A DNA stretch of 64,000 bases, taken from positions 416,001-480,000 of the forward strand of contig CAWKHF010000004.1 of assembly GCA_963849325.1 (NCBI GenBank). Reading direction: 5' to 3'. Shown in pieces: positions 43,301-53,662 of the stretch. A model generated the notes under the pieces. It did not search any database, was not told the origin of the DNA, and worked only from the letters and a program-made list of their open reading frames with translations. The DNA comes from an uncultured Planctomycetota bacterium. GTDB lineage: Bacteria; Planctomycetota; Planctomycetia; Gemmatales; Gemmataceae. The stretch's first letter is position 1. Each line of letters opens with the position of its first letter. The translations under genes and the position numbers were made by a program.

Positions 43301-45600
43301 TGGTGTCGTAGATGGTGGGCGACTTCATGTTGAGGGCCAGTTCCAGCAGCCAGGTGCCGTTAGCCCTGGACGTGCCATACTCCGACGTGGCGGCCACGGA
43401 CGCCTTGGCGGCGTAGCCGGCGTCGAGGCTCCACACGGCGTCTTTTTTCAGGTGGGCGACCGGGACCGAGGACGGATCGACGTGGAACAGGTCGGCCGCG
43501 AATGCCTGGATGTCAGCTGGCCGGTATCCAGGGCGCGCCGAGGTTGGCGTCGATGTCGCCGGGCAGCACGTCCTCCGGCTGCACTTGCCGCAAGGCGTTG
43601 ACGTTGCGGAGGTATTGCGGCCCGGCCCGCTCGGCGGCGGCGAGTTTCGCCCGCACGTTGCCGGAGAGATAGGCGTCGGCCGTGTGCCAGGTTTTCGATT
43701 CCGGGTCGGGGAAGATCAGGTCGCCCAGCTCGGCGATGACCTGCTCCTCGGGCTTGCCGTAGAGGGACGCGATGATACGGCAGGTCCACCATGCCGCGCT
43801 GGTTGAGGGAGACGAGCAAGCCCTTCCTCGGCGGTCTGACGTGCGTGACGGGCGGCTTCTTGCCCACAACGTCCCGTATCATGATGGCGGCTTTGGCCGC
43901 CTTGCCCGTCACTTCGTCGTAGTCCTCCAGGGACATGACCAGCATGGCGTCCGGGTCTTCCCTGAATTTCACGAGGTTCGGCATCCGGCGGATGACCGTG
44001 CCGTCGGCGGTCTCGCCGAAGGTTGTCTTGTTGATCGGGCCGTAGGTGGCCGACGAAGCGGTCATAGGCCCAATTGAGCTCGCCGGCGGGCGTCGTCGCG
44101 GTGCGCTTCGGGCCAGCCCTCGTTCTGGGATTGCAGGACGCGGCGGGCGCGGTCGCGCAGGCCGATCAGGGCAGCCAGCCGCCTGCCGGTCATGGTGCCA
44201 TCGGCTTTCAGGGTGGTGCCGCCGTAGACCACAGGCACTCCCTGCCCGCCTTCCGATTGGTAAATGACGCGGTCGTCGCCGACGAAGAAACTGCCTTCGC
44301 TGATGTGCCGCTCGGGCGGCGGCGGAATGAAGGCCGGGGCCGGTTGCTCCTCGGCCTGCGACGGCTGGATCGGGTGCGAATTCGGGCAGGCGATCGATGG
44401 CTTCCTTGAGCTGGCTCGGCCAGCTCGCCATTGCCGTTGACGCTGTAGCCCTCGCCGTAGAGCGTGTCCTTGCGGCTCCAGGTGCCGAGGACCATTTCCG
44501 GATGGTTCAGGAAGTAGCGGTTGACCGGAACTTCTGCGCCATCGATGTCCAGCGGGGCGATGCCCAGCCATTCGGGATCGACATGGTGGGCGGGTTCGCC
44601 CCGGTGCACGCTTGCGAAGAAACACGATGTCGGTCACGACGGCGGTGCCTTCCCGCTTGAACGCATCGGATGGCAGGCGGATGCGCCGACGAAGTCGGCC
44701 TTGGAGGCGAGGTATTCGCGGATCGCGGCATTCTGCTTATCGAGGGTGAAATGCGATGTGACCAGGGCCAGGACGCCGCCGGGCTTCAGGGCGTCAACGG
44801 ATTTGGCGAAGAAGTAATCGTGCAGGGAGAGCTTCTGGCCGCGGTAGTCGAGCTTCAAGTCGGCGAAGGGCACGTTGCCGATCACGGCGTCGATGCGGCC
44901 CTCGGGCAGCTTGGTGTCGCGGAAGTTCTCGATGCGGATGTCCTGGTCGGGGTGCAGCGCCTTGGCGATGCGGCCGGAGATGGAGTCCAGTTCGACGCCG
45001 ATGAAGCGCGTCCCTTCCCTGCCCGGCTCATGAAGTTGCCGATGCCGCAGCCTGGCTCCAGTATCGTGGCGCCTGCCGGCACGCCGAAGCGGCCGATAGC
45101 CTCATGAATGGCGGAGATGACGGTCGGCGAAGTGTAGAAGGCGTTGAAGGTCGTGCGCTTGGCGCTGTCGTATTCCTCGGGGGTCAGCAGGGTCTTCAGT
45201 TCTTCGCCCAGGGCCTGCCAGCCGGCGTCCTTGTACTTGCCGTTGACAGGATCGGGAAAGATCGACAGGGCCACGGGCCCGAAGCCGGCGAAGCGGGCAA
45301 GGGTCTGCTTCTCCTCGGCCGTGGCCGCTCGCTGCTCCTCCTCGACGGTTTTCAGCGTGCGGATGGCGGCGAGAATGTCGCGGGCCTTGGCCTTTTCGCC
45401 GCTGGCAATGGTCACGAGGGGAGAAGGATGCTCCGCTGGGGAGGCGTGCGTGTCCGAACCATTGCGCGCTTCCGCCGGAGGTGGCGTCTCCTGCGATACA
45501 GCTGGCTCCGGCTCGGCGGGGGTGGGGCTGGAAGGAAGGGAGTCAAACAGGGTCGGCTGGCGCCGTGCTGCTCTTACCCGCGCGGCGTGCGACGGCAGAG
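40350..45600 (-). CDS. Large adenine DNA methylase/SNF2-like helicase fusion of mobile elements (DarB-like), multiply frameshifted; ends approximate
   Basis: AFYTS, ILEPGCGIGNF and IGNVPF MTase motifs; AHVVGAGKT, IDEAHYFKN, ATGTP and GTGTNVQ helicase motifs. Confidence 0.88.
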
Positions 45601-45903
45601 AAACAGCATCGCCGCGTCGAGAACGAGCGGCTCGCTCTCGTTCGGCGGCGACGCGGAGGGCAAACGATTTTCCAACTGCTTGAGGGCTATCTCCAGCGCT
45701 TCCGAAGCGATCTGGCTCGGGTCGCTGTCCGGCCTCAGTTGGGACAGCAGGTCCTTCCAGGCTTCGTGGTTCCGCTTCAACTCCCTGGCATAGAGTTCCA
45801 TTGCCGGCAGAAGCTGGCGGTCCTTCCGCAGCTGCTCGTGCATCTGCGGCCGTTGTTGCAGAAGTTCGAGAATGATCGTCTTGTACTGCATGGGCACCTC
45901 CAT
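45574..45903 (-). CDS. Hypothetical protein upstream of the helicase
   Basis: MQYKTIILELL...SEALEIAL helical protein; GGAGG RBS; overlaps the helicase start. Confidence 0.65.
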   Translation of the reverse strand: MEVPMQYKTIILELLQQRPQMHEQLRKDRQLLPAMELYARELKRNHEAWKDLLSQLRPDSDPSQIASEALEIALKQLENRLPSASPPNESEPLVLDAAMLFLCRRTPRG

Positions 45904-46299
45904 CGGGTTCTTGGGGTATGGTATCTTGTCGGTCAGCGGGTTGGGCTGGCTCGGCTGGGAATAAGGAAGGTTGCCGGAAGTCCGGCGGTTTGCCGCGCCA
46001 TCGTCAGGAGCCTTCCATAGAACCTGGCTCCCGATCCCCGGCCCGACTGCCCGGCGCTGTCTGTGCCGGCCGCGTCATCGTGACCAGCCCTGCCCGCGGC
46101 CGTGGCCGTGCGAGCCGAAGGCGTCTTTCCAAGCCTGGCTCACCGCCACGCCGGCCATGACGATCAGGGAACCGAGGGCCACATACTGAAGAATCAGGGC
46201 CATACGGTCGTTGCCGCAGTTTTTGGACAGGGTCTGGGCCTGCGGGCCAAGCTCGTGCAGGGAATAGGTTGGCGGCACGGTCATGGAGCAGCGGCCGCC

Positions 46300-46764
46300 T
46301 TAGAAGGGAACTTCCTGGCTGGTGTCGATGCCCTTCTGCTGACGGACCATCTGACGGACCTCCTGATAGAGTCGCTCCGCCTCGATGCGCGTGGTCATGG
46401 CCGAATCGGGCCGGACGGGATGCGTCCAGATTCGGTCCAGCGGGTTCCAGCGGTAGCCAGCCTCTTTGAGCGTGTCGATGACCTCTTGGTTGGGCTTGTC
46501 CTGCAGGCGGCCTTCGCCGAACTTGAGGGCCATCTGGCGGTCCTGCTTGCTCTCGAAGAGGCGGACGCCCGCCAGGGTATCGATGGCGATCAGGTACGGA
46601 TCGGCTGCGGTAACTCGCTTCCTTTGGCCAACACGCTCGGCGAAGCTGGGCTGGTTGTCATTGGCTGCTGGGGCATTGTCCTTGGCAGCGGCCGGCGGTT
46701 GTTCGACCGCCGTGTTAGCTTCGGCTTGCGGTTCTTGATCGGGTGTGCGTTTACGATGGGACAT
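46300..46764 (-). CDS. Hypothetical plasmid protein
   Basis: AAGGAGG RBS; KP..EV...LKEAGYRW motif; EVPF C-terminus. Confidence 0.7.
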   Translation of the reverse strand: MSHRKRTPDQEPQAEANTAVEQPPAAAKDNAPAANDNQPSFAERVGQRKRVTAADPYLIAIDTLAGVRLFESKQDRQMALKFGEGRLQDKPNQEVIDTLKEAGYRWNPLDRIWTHPVRPDSAMTTRIEAERLYQEVRQMVRQQKGIDTSQEVPF

Positions 46765-47647
46765 GGGTTAATCCTCCTTGATGTGAATAAGGGTTAATTC
46801 CTTAACCCTCGTTAACGATTGTAGCACAGTTGCAGACGCTCGCGCAAGAGGCTGGCTGCGGGTCTCCGCATGTGGGCTGGCAAAAAAGCGAGGATTTCTG
46901 CGGTTTCCTGCCCGTTAATGCCTCGGTCAGCCGCCGTTTTGCTTGATTCTTGCTGACCGCCCTTTGTGCGGAAATCGAGGCTTTCCGTCGGCCGCCGCCG
47001 CCCATCGCCCCAACTTTTTCGGCCCGGATCCAGGGCGCGGTCAGGGATGCCGCGTCCTGGGGGGACGGAAAAGTTGAAAGGCGGCCCTTCGTGGCAAGCA
47101 ATGGGGTGCGATGTTCGGGCCTTGGTGTGGCGATCTTGCATACGGAGGCGCAGGGATGCCAGAAACGCCCTGCCCGGTGGGTTGGATAGCCTGAAGCCGC
47201 TTCACGTTTCCTGTCCCCATTTGCCTGCGAATTTGGGCCGGGTGACTGCAAGGGGTACTATCTTCCCCTGAATGCCACGTGCTTGTGCCGGTTCCCGTGT
47301 CTTACCCTCTGGTGGACGACAGGGAAGCCGTGAAGGGCATTGCTGAATGCTTGTTTCTCAAGCGCTTCCGAAGGTTGCCGGCCTCGCGCGCGATGATCTT
47401 CAAGAGCACAGAAGTGCGCCGCCTCCGCCTGCGTGCTGGGATCGCGCTGCGGCGGCGCGTGAGCGTTGCTGGGTATTGATATATAAGAAGGGAGAACCCC
47501 TCAACCGTTTGAGATTCCTCGAACCGAAACGACAGGTTCTGTCGGCACACCGTCAGGATCAGTCGGGCGACCGACAAAAACCGCTTGCGCTTTTGTCGGT
47601 ACTCTGCCAAGGTCGTGACAGTCAACCGACAACTTGAGAGGGCCAAA

Positions 47648-48265
47648 ATGGCGGAAGATCGACAGAACCCGGCGTCTCCGGCGAGTAACCTGATTACCAC
47701 CAAGCGGGGCTTCCCCGTTTACCGCACGAACCCCAGCGTTCCCAGCACGTCGGGGCTGCCCACCCGCACCCGGCGGATTAACGTCCCCGGCGGCAAAGGT
47801 GCGGTCATCGTGGACAACAGCACCGGCGAGCTGAAGGGACTCGGTGGGATGGGATTCTGGTGGGAAGAAGAAGTCGATACCACCCGGTTCGTCAAGCTGT
47901 TCCTCGACGGTATCAAGCAAGCAGCGGGCCTGTCCAAGACCGGCATTCAGGTCTTTGAGCTGGTCTACAAGGAAATGCGGCTCAACCCCGGCTCGGATGA
48001 GATCAAACTCAACCAGTACGTGGCCCGCGACTATGGCATCAGCGACCGCACCTACCAACGCGGCGTGCGGGAGTTGCTCGAAAAGGAGTTTCTCTTTCGC
48101 AGCCCGAGTGACGGCGTTTTCTTCGTCAACATCCGCTTCATGTTCAACGGCGACCGTCTGGCCTTCGTGAAGTCCTACCATCTCAAGGACGGCGCCCCCC
48201 GGCAGCAGGAGCTTCCGCTTCTCGACGCACCGGCTCTTACCGAGAAGTCGGGTACACATTCGTGA
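47648..48265 (+). CDS. Plasmid replication initiator-like protein (RepL/RepA HTH type)
   Basis: VDTTRFVKLF, ISDRTYQRGVRELLEKEFL and FFVNIRFMFNGDR; adjacent to the par locus. Confidence 0.7.
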   Translation: MAEDRQNPASPASNLITTKRGFPVYRTNPSVPSTSGLPTRTRRINVPGGKGAVIVDNSTGELKGLGGMGFWWEEEVDTTRFVKLFLDGIKQAAGLSKTGIQVFELVYKEMRLNPGSDEIKLNQYVARDYGISDRTYQRGVRELLEKEFLFRSPSDGVFFVNIRFMFNGDRLAFVKSYHLKDGAPRQQELPLLDAPALTEKSGTHS

Positions 48266-48306
48266 GGACGGTGACGGCGTAGCCCCGCCGTCGTATTTGC
48301 GGAAAG

Positions 48307-48579
48307 TTACAGAATCGTGTTTCCGGATCCCTTGCTGACGGGATCGCCAGCGGTAGCCGTGCCCTGCTGATCCTTGGGCGGAAAGCGTTTCTCCAGAAGT
48401 CCTCGTACCACCTCGGCCATGTTCGCCCCTTCCAGAGCACACTGGCTCTTGACCCGCTGATGCAGGGACAGGGGAATGTCGATGGTCAACCGCTTCGTCG
48501 GCTCCCCCGATACCCATTCATCCGGCGAAGTCGCTGTGCGGCTGATGGTCGGCTTGCCGCCGAACGTCACCTTCTTCAT
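48307..48579 (-). CDS. ParG-like ribbon-helix-helix partition protein
   Basis: KRLTIDIPLSLHQRVKSQCA RHH; translationally coupled to parA. Confidence 0.8.
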   Translation of the reverse strand: MKKVTFGGKPTISRTATSPDEWVSGEPTKRLTIDIPLSLHQRVKSQCALEGANMAEVVRGLLEKRFPPKDQQGTATAGDPVSKGSGNTIL

Positions 48580-49211
48580 ACGGCCAACTCCATGATCTCA
48601 TCGACCAGTCCCATGAGTTCCTTGCCAGCCGGGTGGTCCGGGGCCGTCTCGAAGACGGTCTGCCCCTGGGCCGCAGACTCCGCCAGGGCAATACGCTGGC
48701 AAATGGCACTCTTCAGGACGGGGATCGGGTAATCGGCCAGGGCGTCCACGACATCCCGGCCCATCGCCGTATTCACGATTTTGCGATTGATCGCAAATGC
48801 GGATTTCAGGTTCGGCTTGAAGACCGTGGCTTCGTGAATCAGGTCGATGATCTCCTTGGCAGCCCATACGTCGTAAGGCGACGGCTGCACGGGCACCAGC
48901 ACCAGGTCGCTGGCCATGATGGCGGAGCGGGCCACGTCATAGACGCGCGGTGGGCCATCAATAATGACTGCATCAAAGCCTTGGGCAAGGCTGGGAAGCT
49001 CCTTGTGGATGGATGCTTTGGGCAGGCCGGCGACCGGGAACAGCGGTTCGCCCCGCCGGGCGGCTGCCCAATCCAGGGCTGATCCCTGGGGGTCGGCATC
49101 GACGAGCAGAACGCGGCGCCCGCGGCGCGACAGGGCGTCGGCGACGTGAATGGCGAGCGTGGTCTTGCCGACCCCGCCCTTTTGGTTGAGGAAACTGACG
49201 ATCATGAACAC
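48576..49211 (-). CDS. parA: ParA/ParF partition ATPase
   Basis: NQKGGVGKTT, DADPQGS, IIDGPP and PVQPSPYDVWA motifs. Confidence 0.93.
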   Translation of the reverse strand: MFMIVSFLNQKGGVGKTTLAIHVADALSRRGRRVLLVDADPQGSALDWAAARRGEPLFPVAGLPKASIHKELPSLAQGFDAVIIDGPPRVYDVARSAIMASDLVLVPVQPSPYDVWAAKEIIDLIHEATVFKPNLKSAFAINRKIVNTAMGRDVVDALADYPIPVLKSAICQRIALAESAAQGQTVFETAPDHPAGKELMGLVDEIMELAV

Positions 49212-49816
49212 CTTCCAGAAATGCGGTTATGCGGAATTGTGCTTCTCCGTGTAGCACCATTTGCGGGAATGGTCAAACACGGATTTGCGGCGATGTGGGG
49301 AATCGTAACTGCGGAAGTGCGGAAAGGAGATCTTGTGCCGGCGCTGACTCACGCCCCCTGACGGGTGCCGGCGTGCTGACCGGCCAGGCGTCTGACCTGA
49401 CCGCTGGAACGGTTCCATTCTGCCTATGCCGTGCATAGGGAAGACGCCTGATGCGCCGTGAAGAAAGGTGATGACCCTCAGCAGGTGCAATTCCTGCCCG
49501 GCCAACTCGGTCGCTCCAGCCGGTAGCTAACGGAGCGGCGGTGGAGGTAACGATACCGTCGAAGCCTTCGTGACAACGCCTCGTCTTTGCGAGGCGGCGA
49601 GTCCGTGGGTCGTAACACACGTAAACGCCGAGCAAGCCCCGAAAGTCCCTAACGTGGGACCGGCCCTGCCCCGGTCATCCCGTCGAAGCGCCGCTTGGCC
49701 AGAGCGGCACATCCGGCTTCATCCAGTGTGATGCCGAAATACTGGTAGACGAGGACGCCGCGCTGTGGCAAACGGTGAACTACACTCATTGAGCAGGAAG
49801 CAACTAGGCTCGTTTT

Positions 49817-50479
49817 ATGGAGGATAAAGTGCCAGATGAGACCTTGCACACGAAGCTGGTTGAAGCGGCCCGCCGCGGTAGGCTTGGCGATGCCAAGGCC
49901 GCCATCGAGGCGGGGGCCGATGTCAACGCCCGCGACCCGTATTTGCCCTTTTACACTCCCCTGCACGTAGCCGCCGGATTCAGGCCCCATCGACAAATCC
50001 CCTCGCAAGGTTACACGGACATTGCCCGCCTTCTGATCGAGCACGGCGCCGATGTCAACGCTCGGACCGACGGGGAGTCTACCCCGCTACATCTGGCCGT
50101 CGCGAACGGCCACCTCGACATCGCGCGTCTGCTGATCGAGAAGGGAGCCGATGTCAACGACGGCGGGCTGCTGCACTCCGCCGCCGCGAACGGCCACCTC
50201 GACGTTGCGCGTCTCTTGGTCGAGAAGGGGGCGGACGTGAATGCCCGGAACGAGGGTGGAAGGACCGCCCTCCACTCCGCCATCGCCGGTGGCCATCTCG
50301 ACATCGCCCGGTTGTTGATCGAGCATGGGGCGGATGCCGAGGCCCGTGACGGCCAGGGACGCACGCCGGAGCAGTGGGCGATCGCGGCGAAGCAAGATCG
50401 GGTTGTGCAGGCGATGGATCGCGCCGCAAAACCCGGGCGGGCTGGCCGCGCCAGGCCAAGCCCGGATATCGGTCGGTAA
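49817..50479 (+). CDS. Ankyrin repeat protein
   Basis: TPLHLAVANGHLDIARLLIEKGADVN-type repeats. Confidence 0.93.
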   Translation: MEDKVPDETLHTKLVEAARRGRLGDAKAAIEAGADVNARDPYLPFYTPLHVAAGFRPHRQIPSQGYTDIARLLIEHGADVNARTDGESTPLHLAVANGHLDIARLLIEKGADVNDGGLLHSAAANGHLDVARLLVEKGADVNARNEGGRTALHSAIAGGHLDIARLLIEHGADAEARDGQGRTPEQWAIAAKQDRVVQAMDRAAKPGRAGRARPSPDIGR

Positions 50480-50788
50480 GCGAAAGTCGGAGGCCCTCCC
50501 GGCTGATGTTGCGCGGCTGGGATAACCGTCCTGGCAATGAGCAGCATACCCGCTCGGCGGTCTCGCGGTCCTCGAACTCGCCGACCAGCAGGAGGCTGGG
50601 CAGCTCATAGGGGTATGCAGCAGGGCGGATGGGGCAGGACCATACGAGGAAACAACGGCGACCGCAAGCCGGTCGGGGTCAACCGGCGGGAGAGCGAAGG
50701 GCAAGACCTGGGAGCAGATTCAGAGGCCCAGACGCGAGCGTGGCGAGCTTTGACGGATGACCTAGCCGCTTTGTACGGGCCCTGGTGA

Positions 50789-51331
50789 TTATTTGTCCTT
50801 CTTGCCCGTTTGATCTTGCGTCTGAGCCGGGCGGGCATGGTGTTCCCCGGAGATAATACTTGCGAGCGTGGCAATCTTATCCCTGCCGCGGTTATAAGCA
50901 TCCGTACCTCTTTCGGGGCGCGTCCGCTGGCCATAAATTTCCATATTGATGCGTTCCTGCGCCTCAGTGTCGAGTCTTGCGTAGCTGGCAAATGCTCGTG
51001 CGGTTACAAAAGCGCGGCGGTATTCTGCCCCGGTGATTTCAGTGACGTTGTCGGTAAAGCGGCGGTTTTCCGAATCGTAGGTGGCAATTCGCACCGTATC
51101 CCTTGCGCCATAGCGCCGGAACTGGCGATATTCATCGCTATCCTTGGTCCAGATGTGCGCGGCCATTAGGTCGATAACATAATCCTTGGTTTCGGATTCG
51201 GTCCGGTCGATTTGGGCCTCGGTGAGACCTTGGTCTGCGGCTACAGCCAAAGGAAGCAAACCGGGCACCAGAAGGGCCGGACCCAGGAGAAGAAGCGGCA
51301 ACGCCAGGACGGTCCGTCGGGGGTTTCCCAT
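50789..51331 (-). CDS. Secreted hypothetical protein
   Basis: MGNPRRTVLALPLLLL...AVAA signal peptide; GAGG RBS. Confidence 0.6.
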   Translation of the reverse strand: MGNPRRTVLALPLLLLGPALLVPGLLPLAVAADQGLTEAQIDRTESETKDYVIDLMAAHIWTKDSDEYRQFRRYGARDTVRIATYDSENRRFTDNVTEITGAEYRRAFVTARAFASYARLDTEAQERINMEIYGQRTRPERGTDAYNRGRDKIATLASIISGEHHARPAQTQDQTGKKDK

Positions 51332-51534
51332 CGCAGGCACCTCGAAATTCAGGGGCCGGGTCAACGCAATCTCCGAATGCCAGAACGATTGTACCGCCTC
51401 TGGCTGGCCGGAATCAACCGTTGGCTGGCGGGTGGCAGGGGTCACCGGGCCCGGTTTCCGAGACCGTTCCCTGCCCTTGACGCCTCTGGTAGCTTGCTGG
51501 CGAGTATTCCCGGTGGCTCGGGGTTTGCGGGGAC

Positions 51535-52608
51535 TCATCGCTCCAGGGTGCCCTTGACGATGCCCTCGCGGACGAGGGCGCGGAGCAGGACGTTGCGAGC
51601 ATGCCGCCCAGCATCTCCACCCTCCTGCGGTGATGATGCCTTGGGTACGGGTGCGTTCTGATCGGCGTGCCCAAGCGCGTTGGCCAGTTGCGCCTCTACC
51701 TTGTGGCGAGGGTACTGTAGAAAGGCCGGGCCGGAGGGACCTTCGCCAGTGACATGAGCTGAGATGTCGCGGAGGGTGAAGTTGTCGTCGGCCAAGGTCA
51801 TGATGACCGGGTTTCTCAGCAGGAAATCGATAACACCGGCATGGAGGGGATTGCCGTTTGTCGCTGTGGGCTCGCGTCGGCTGCCCCGCTTGGGCGGGAC
51901 GAAGATGCGTCGATCTGCCAGGTCCATCACAGCGTCGATGTGGCCGATAACTGTTGCCGGGGAGAGAACAAACAGCGTGGGCATGCGCAGCGCGGCATTC
52001 AGGTATTGCGACGGGGTCATACCCTCACCCCGGAAGCGCTCGACGACCGCGCGGATGTTGTGTTCGACTGTCTCGGGCGACGACGTGAACAGCGAGGGGT
52101 GCATCAGGGCAACTCGCAAGTAAGCGCGGTCTGTCAGGCCCTCCTCGGCGAACCGCTGCACCAGGTCCGTGATGTTCCCCGTCAAGGTCCAGGGCGTCTG
52201 GATGAACAGCGAGGGTTTCTTGATGGCCGCCTTGAGATAGGCAGCGGTTGTCAGCCCATCGGCGGCGAAGAGATCAACGACGCCCTGAATGTTCCTGGCA
52301 ATGGCCTCGGGGCTGGTGGCCAGGATATCGGGCCGCCGGACTATCGCGGTCAGGTAAGCTTGGGCCGTCAGGCCATCCTGCTCGAATCGTTGCACAACTC
52401 CTTGAACTCGTTCGGCCAAAGGGAAGGGAGACAGGTTCTGATGCGAGTTCGTGGACGCAAGTTTGCCGCCACAAAAATCAATGAAGTCGGGCTGGTTCAG
52501 GAGGCGCTGAGCGAACGTGTTCTTCTGGGCATCGGTCAGTGCCAGTTCGTTGAGTTCCTGCCGTATCCAGGCCAGGATGGCATTGGAATGTTCGTCTCCT
52601 TCACCCAT
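51535..52608 (-). CDS. 39-aa helical repeat protein, mTERF-like
   Basis: Four full repeats plus one partial: SP..i..Ni..vV.rF..eGlT..aYL.aa...P.lf. Confidence 0.75.
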   Translation of the reverse strand: MGEGDEHSNAILAWIRQELNELALTDAQKNTFAQRLLNQPDFIDFCGGKLASTNSHQNLSPFPLAERVQGVVQRFEQDGLTAQAYLTAIVRRPDILATSPEAIARNIQGVVDLFAADGLTTAAYLKAAIKKPSLFIQTPWTLTGNITDLVQRFAEEGLTDRAYLRVALMHPSLFTSSPETVEHNIRAVVERFRGEGMTPSQYLNAALRMPTLFVLSPATVIGHIDAVMDLADRRIFVPPKRGSRREPTATNGNPLHAGVIDFLLRNPVIMTLADDNFTLRDISAHVTGEGPSGPAFLQYPRHKVEAQLANALGHADQNAPVPKASSPQEGGDAGRHARNVLLRALVREGIVKGTLER

Positions 52609-52679
52609 TCGTGCTGGTCTGTTGCTGGTTTACGTTTGTTAACCGTAGCGCAGTTTCGGCCTCCATGCAAGGTGCTTTG

Positions 52680-53125
52680 CTATGCGATCGGAGCGCCGGT
52701 GGGATTTCTCCGAGCAATACTCGGGGGTTGAGCGTGTAGCGAGTGGCTTTTGCACCAGCGGGCCGGAGGGGGCGATAGCCGTCGCGACAGCGACCGAGCG
52801 GATGCAGAGTCCAGAGGCACGCGGTCGCCAGGACGGCGAGGTGCCCGTTGGAGCGCGTGGTCGAGCGCGTCGAGAATCGTGGCGGTGTCGCCTCGCAGCA
52901 CTGCCCTATCGCCCTGCACAATGCCGAGGTCTTTCAGCATCCGGCTGAAGCGTTCTTCGCGCAGGGCGTTGCCCGCGCAGGCACTTCCAACTCCCGAACG
53001 TGCGTGATCCGCCTGCTGTCCTCTTCGAGCTTGGACGTGGCCACGAAATCGCAGGGCTTCAGGCCGTGACGCTCGGCGAGTGCATTGACACGCGTCAACA
53101 CAGCGACATCCTGGTTGTCGATCAT
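52680..53125 (-). CDS. Hypothetical protein, frameshifted
   Basis: MIDNQDVAVLTRVNALAERHGLKP continues in ORF 52680-52940; GGAGG RBS; coupled to the response regulator. Confidence 0.5.
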
Positions 53126-53565
53126 GAGTTTCCTCCGTGATGGTTGGGGAACGGTCTGCCGGCGCCTGCCGGTCCCGGACTGTCCCGGGTAGACAGGAGC
53201 AATAACCGACTCACCCAAGAGGCCATGTCATGGGCCGTGAACGGCTTGGGAAGGAACAGCGTGGCCCCGGCCGCTTGCGCTTCCTTGGCGCTGGAATGCT
53301 CCTCGTGGCCCGAGATGGCAATGATCGGGGTGGTGGCATAAGCAGGTAAACGACGCACCTGCTTGATGAGTTCCGTCCCGGACATTCCGGGCATGACCAG
53401 GTCCACAATGAGAAGGGCCAAGGCGTGTTCCTGCGCCTGCGTGAAGGCCCGGCTGCCGTTGGCAGCGCCCGCTACGTAGACCGGCAGGTCACGAAGGGCG
53501 AAGCGGATCAAGCTGATGATGAGCGCGTTGTCGTCAACCACCAGGACGGAGGCGTTCTCCTTCAT
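53122..53565 (-). CDS. Single-domain response regulator (CheY-like)
   Basis: VLVVDD, DLVMPGMSG, ISG and LPKPF motifs. Confidence 0.88.
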   Translation of the reverse strand: MKENASVLVVDDNALIISLIRFALRDLPVYVAGAANGSRAFTQAQEHALALLIVDLVMPGMSGTELIKQVRRLPAYATTPIIAISGHEEHSSAKEAQAAGATLFLPKPFTAHDMASWVSRLLLLSTRDSPGPAGAGRPFPNHHGGNS

Positions 53566-53662
53566 GAAGCACGGTTCCCTTTCGCATAAAGCCGATGTCC
53601 CAGACTGCCATAGAATCGTTAAGCAATCGTTTCCTTTTGCAAAGGAATGGCCTCGACGCTCC

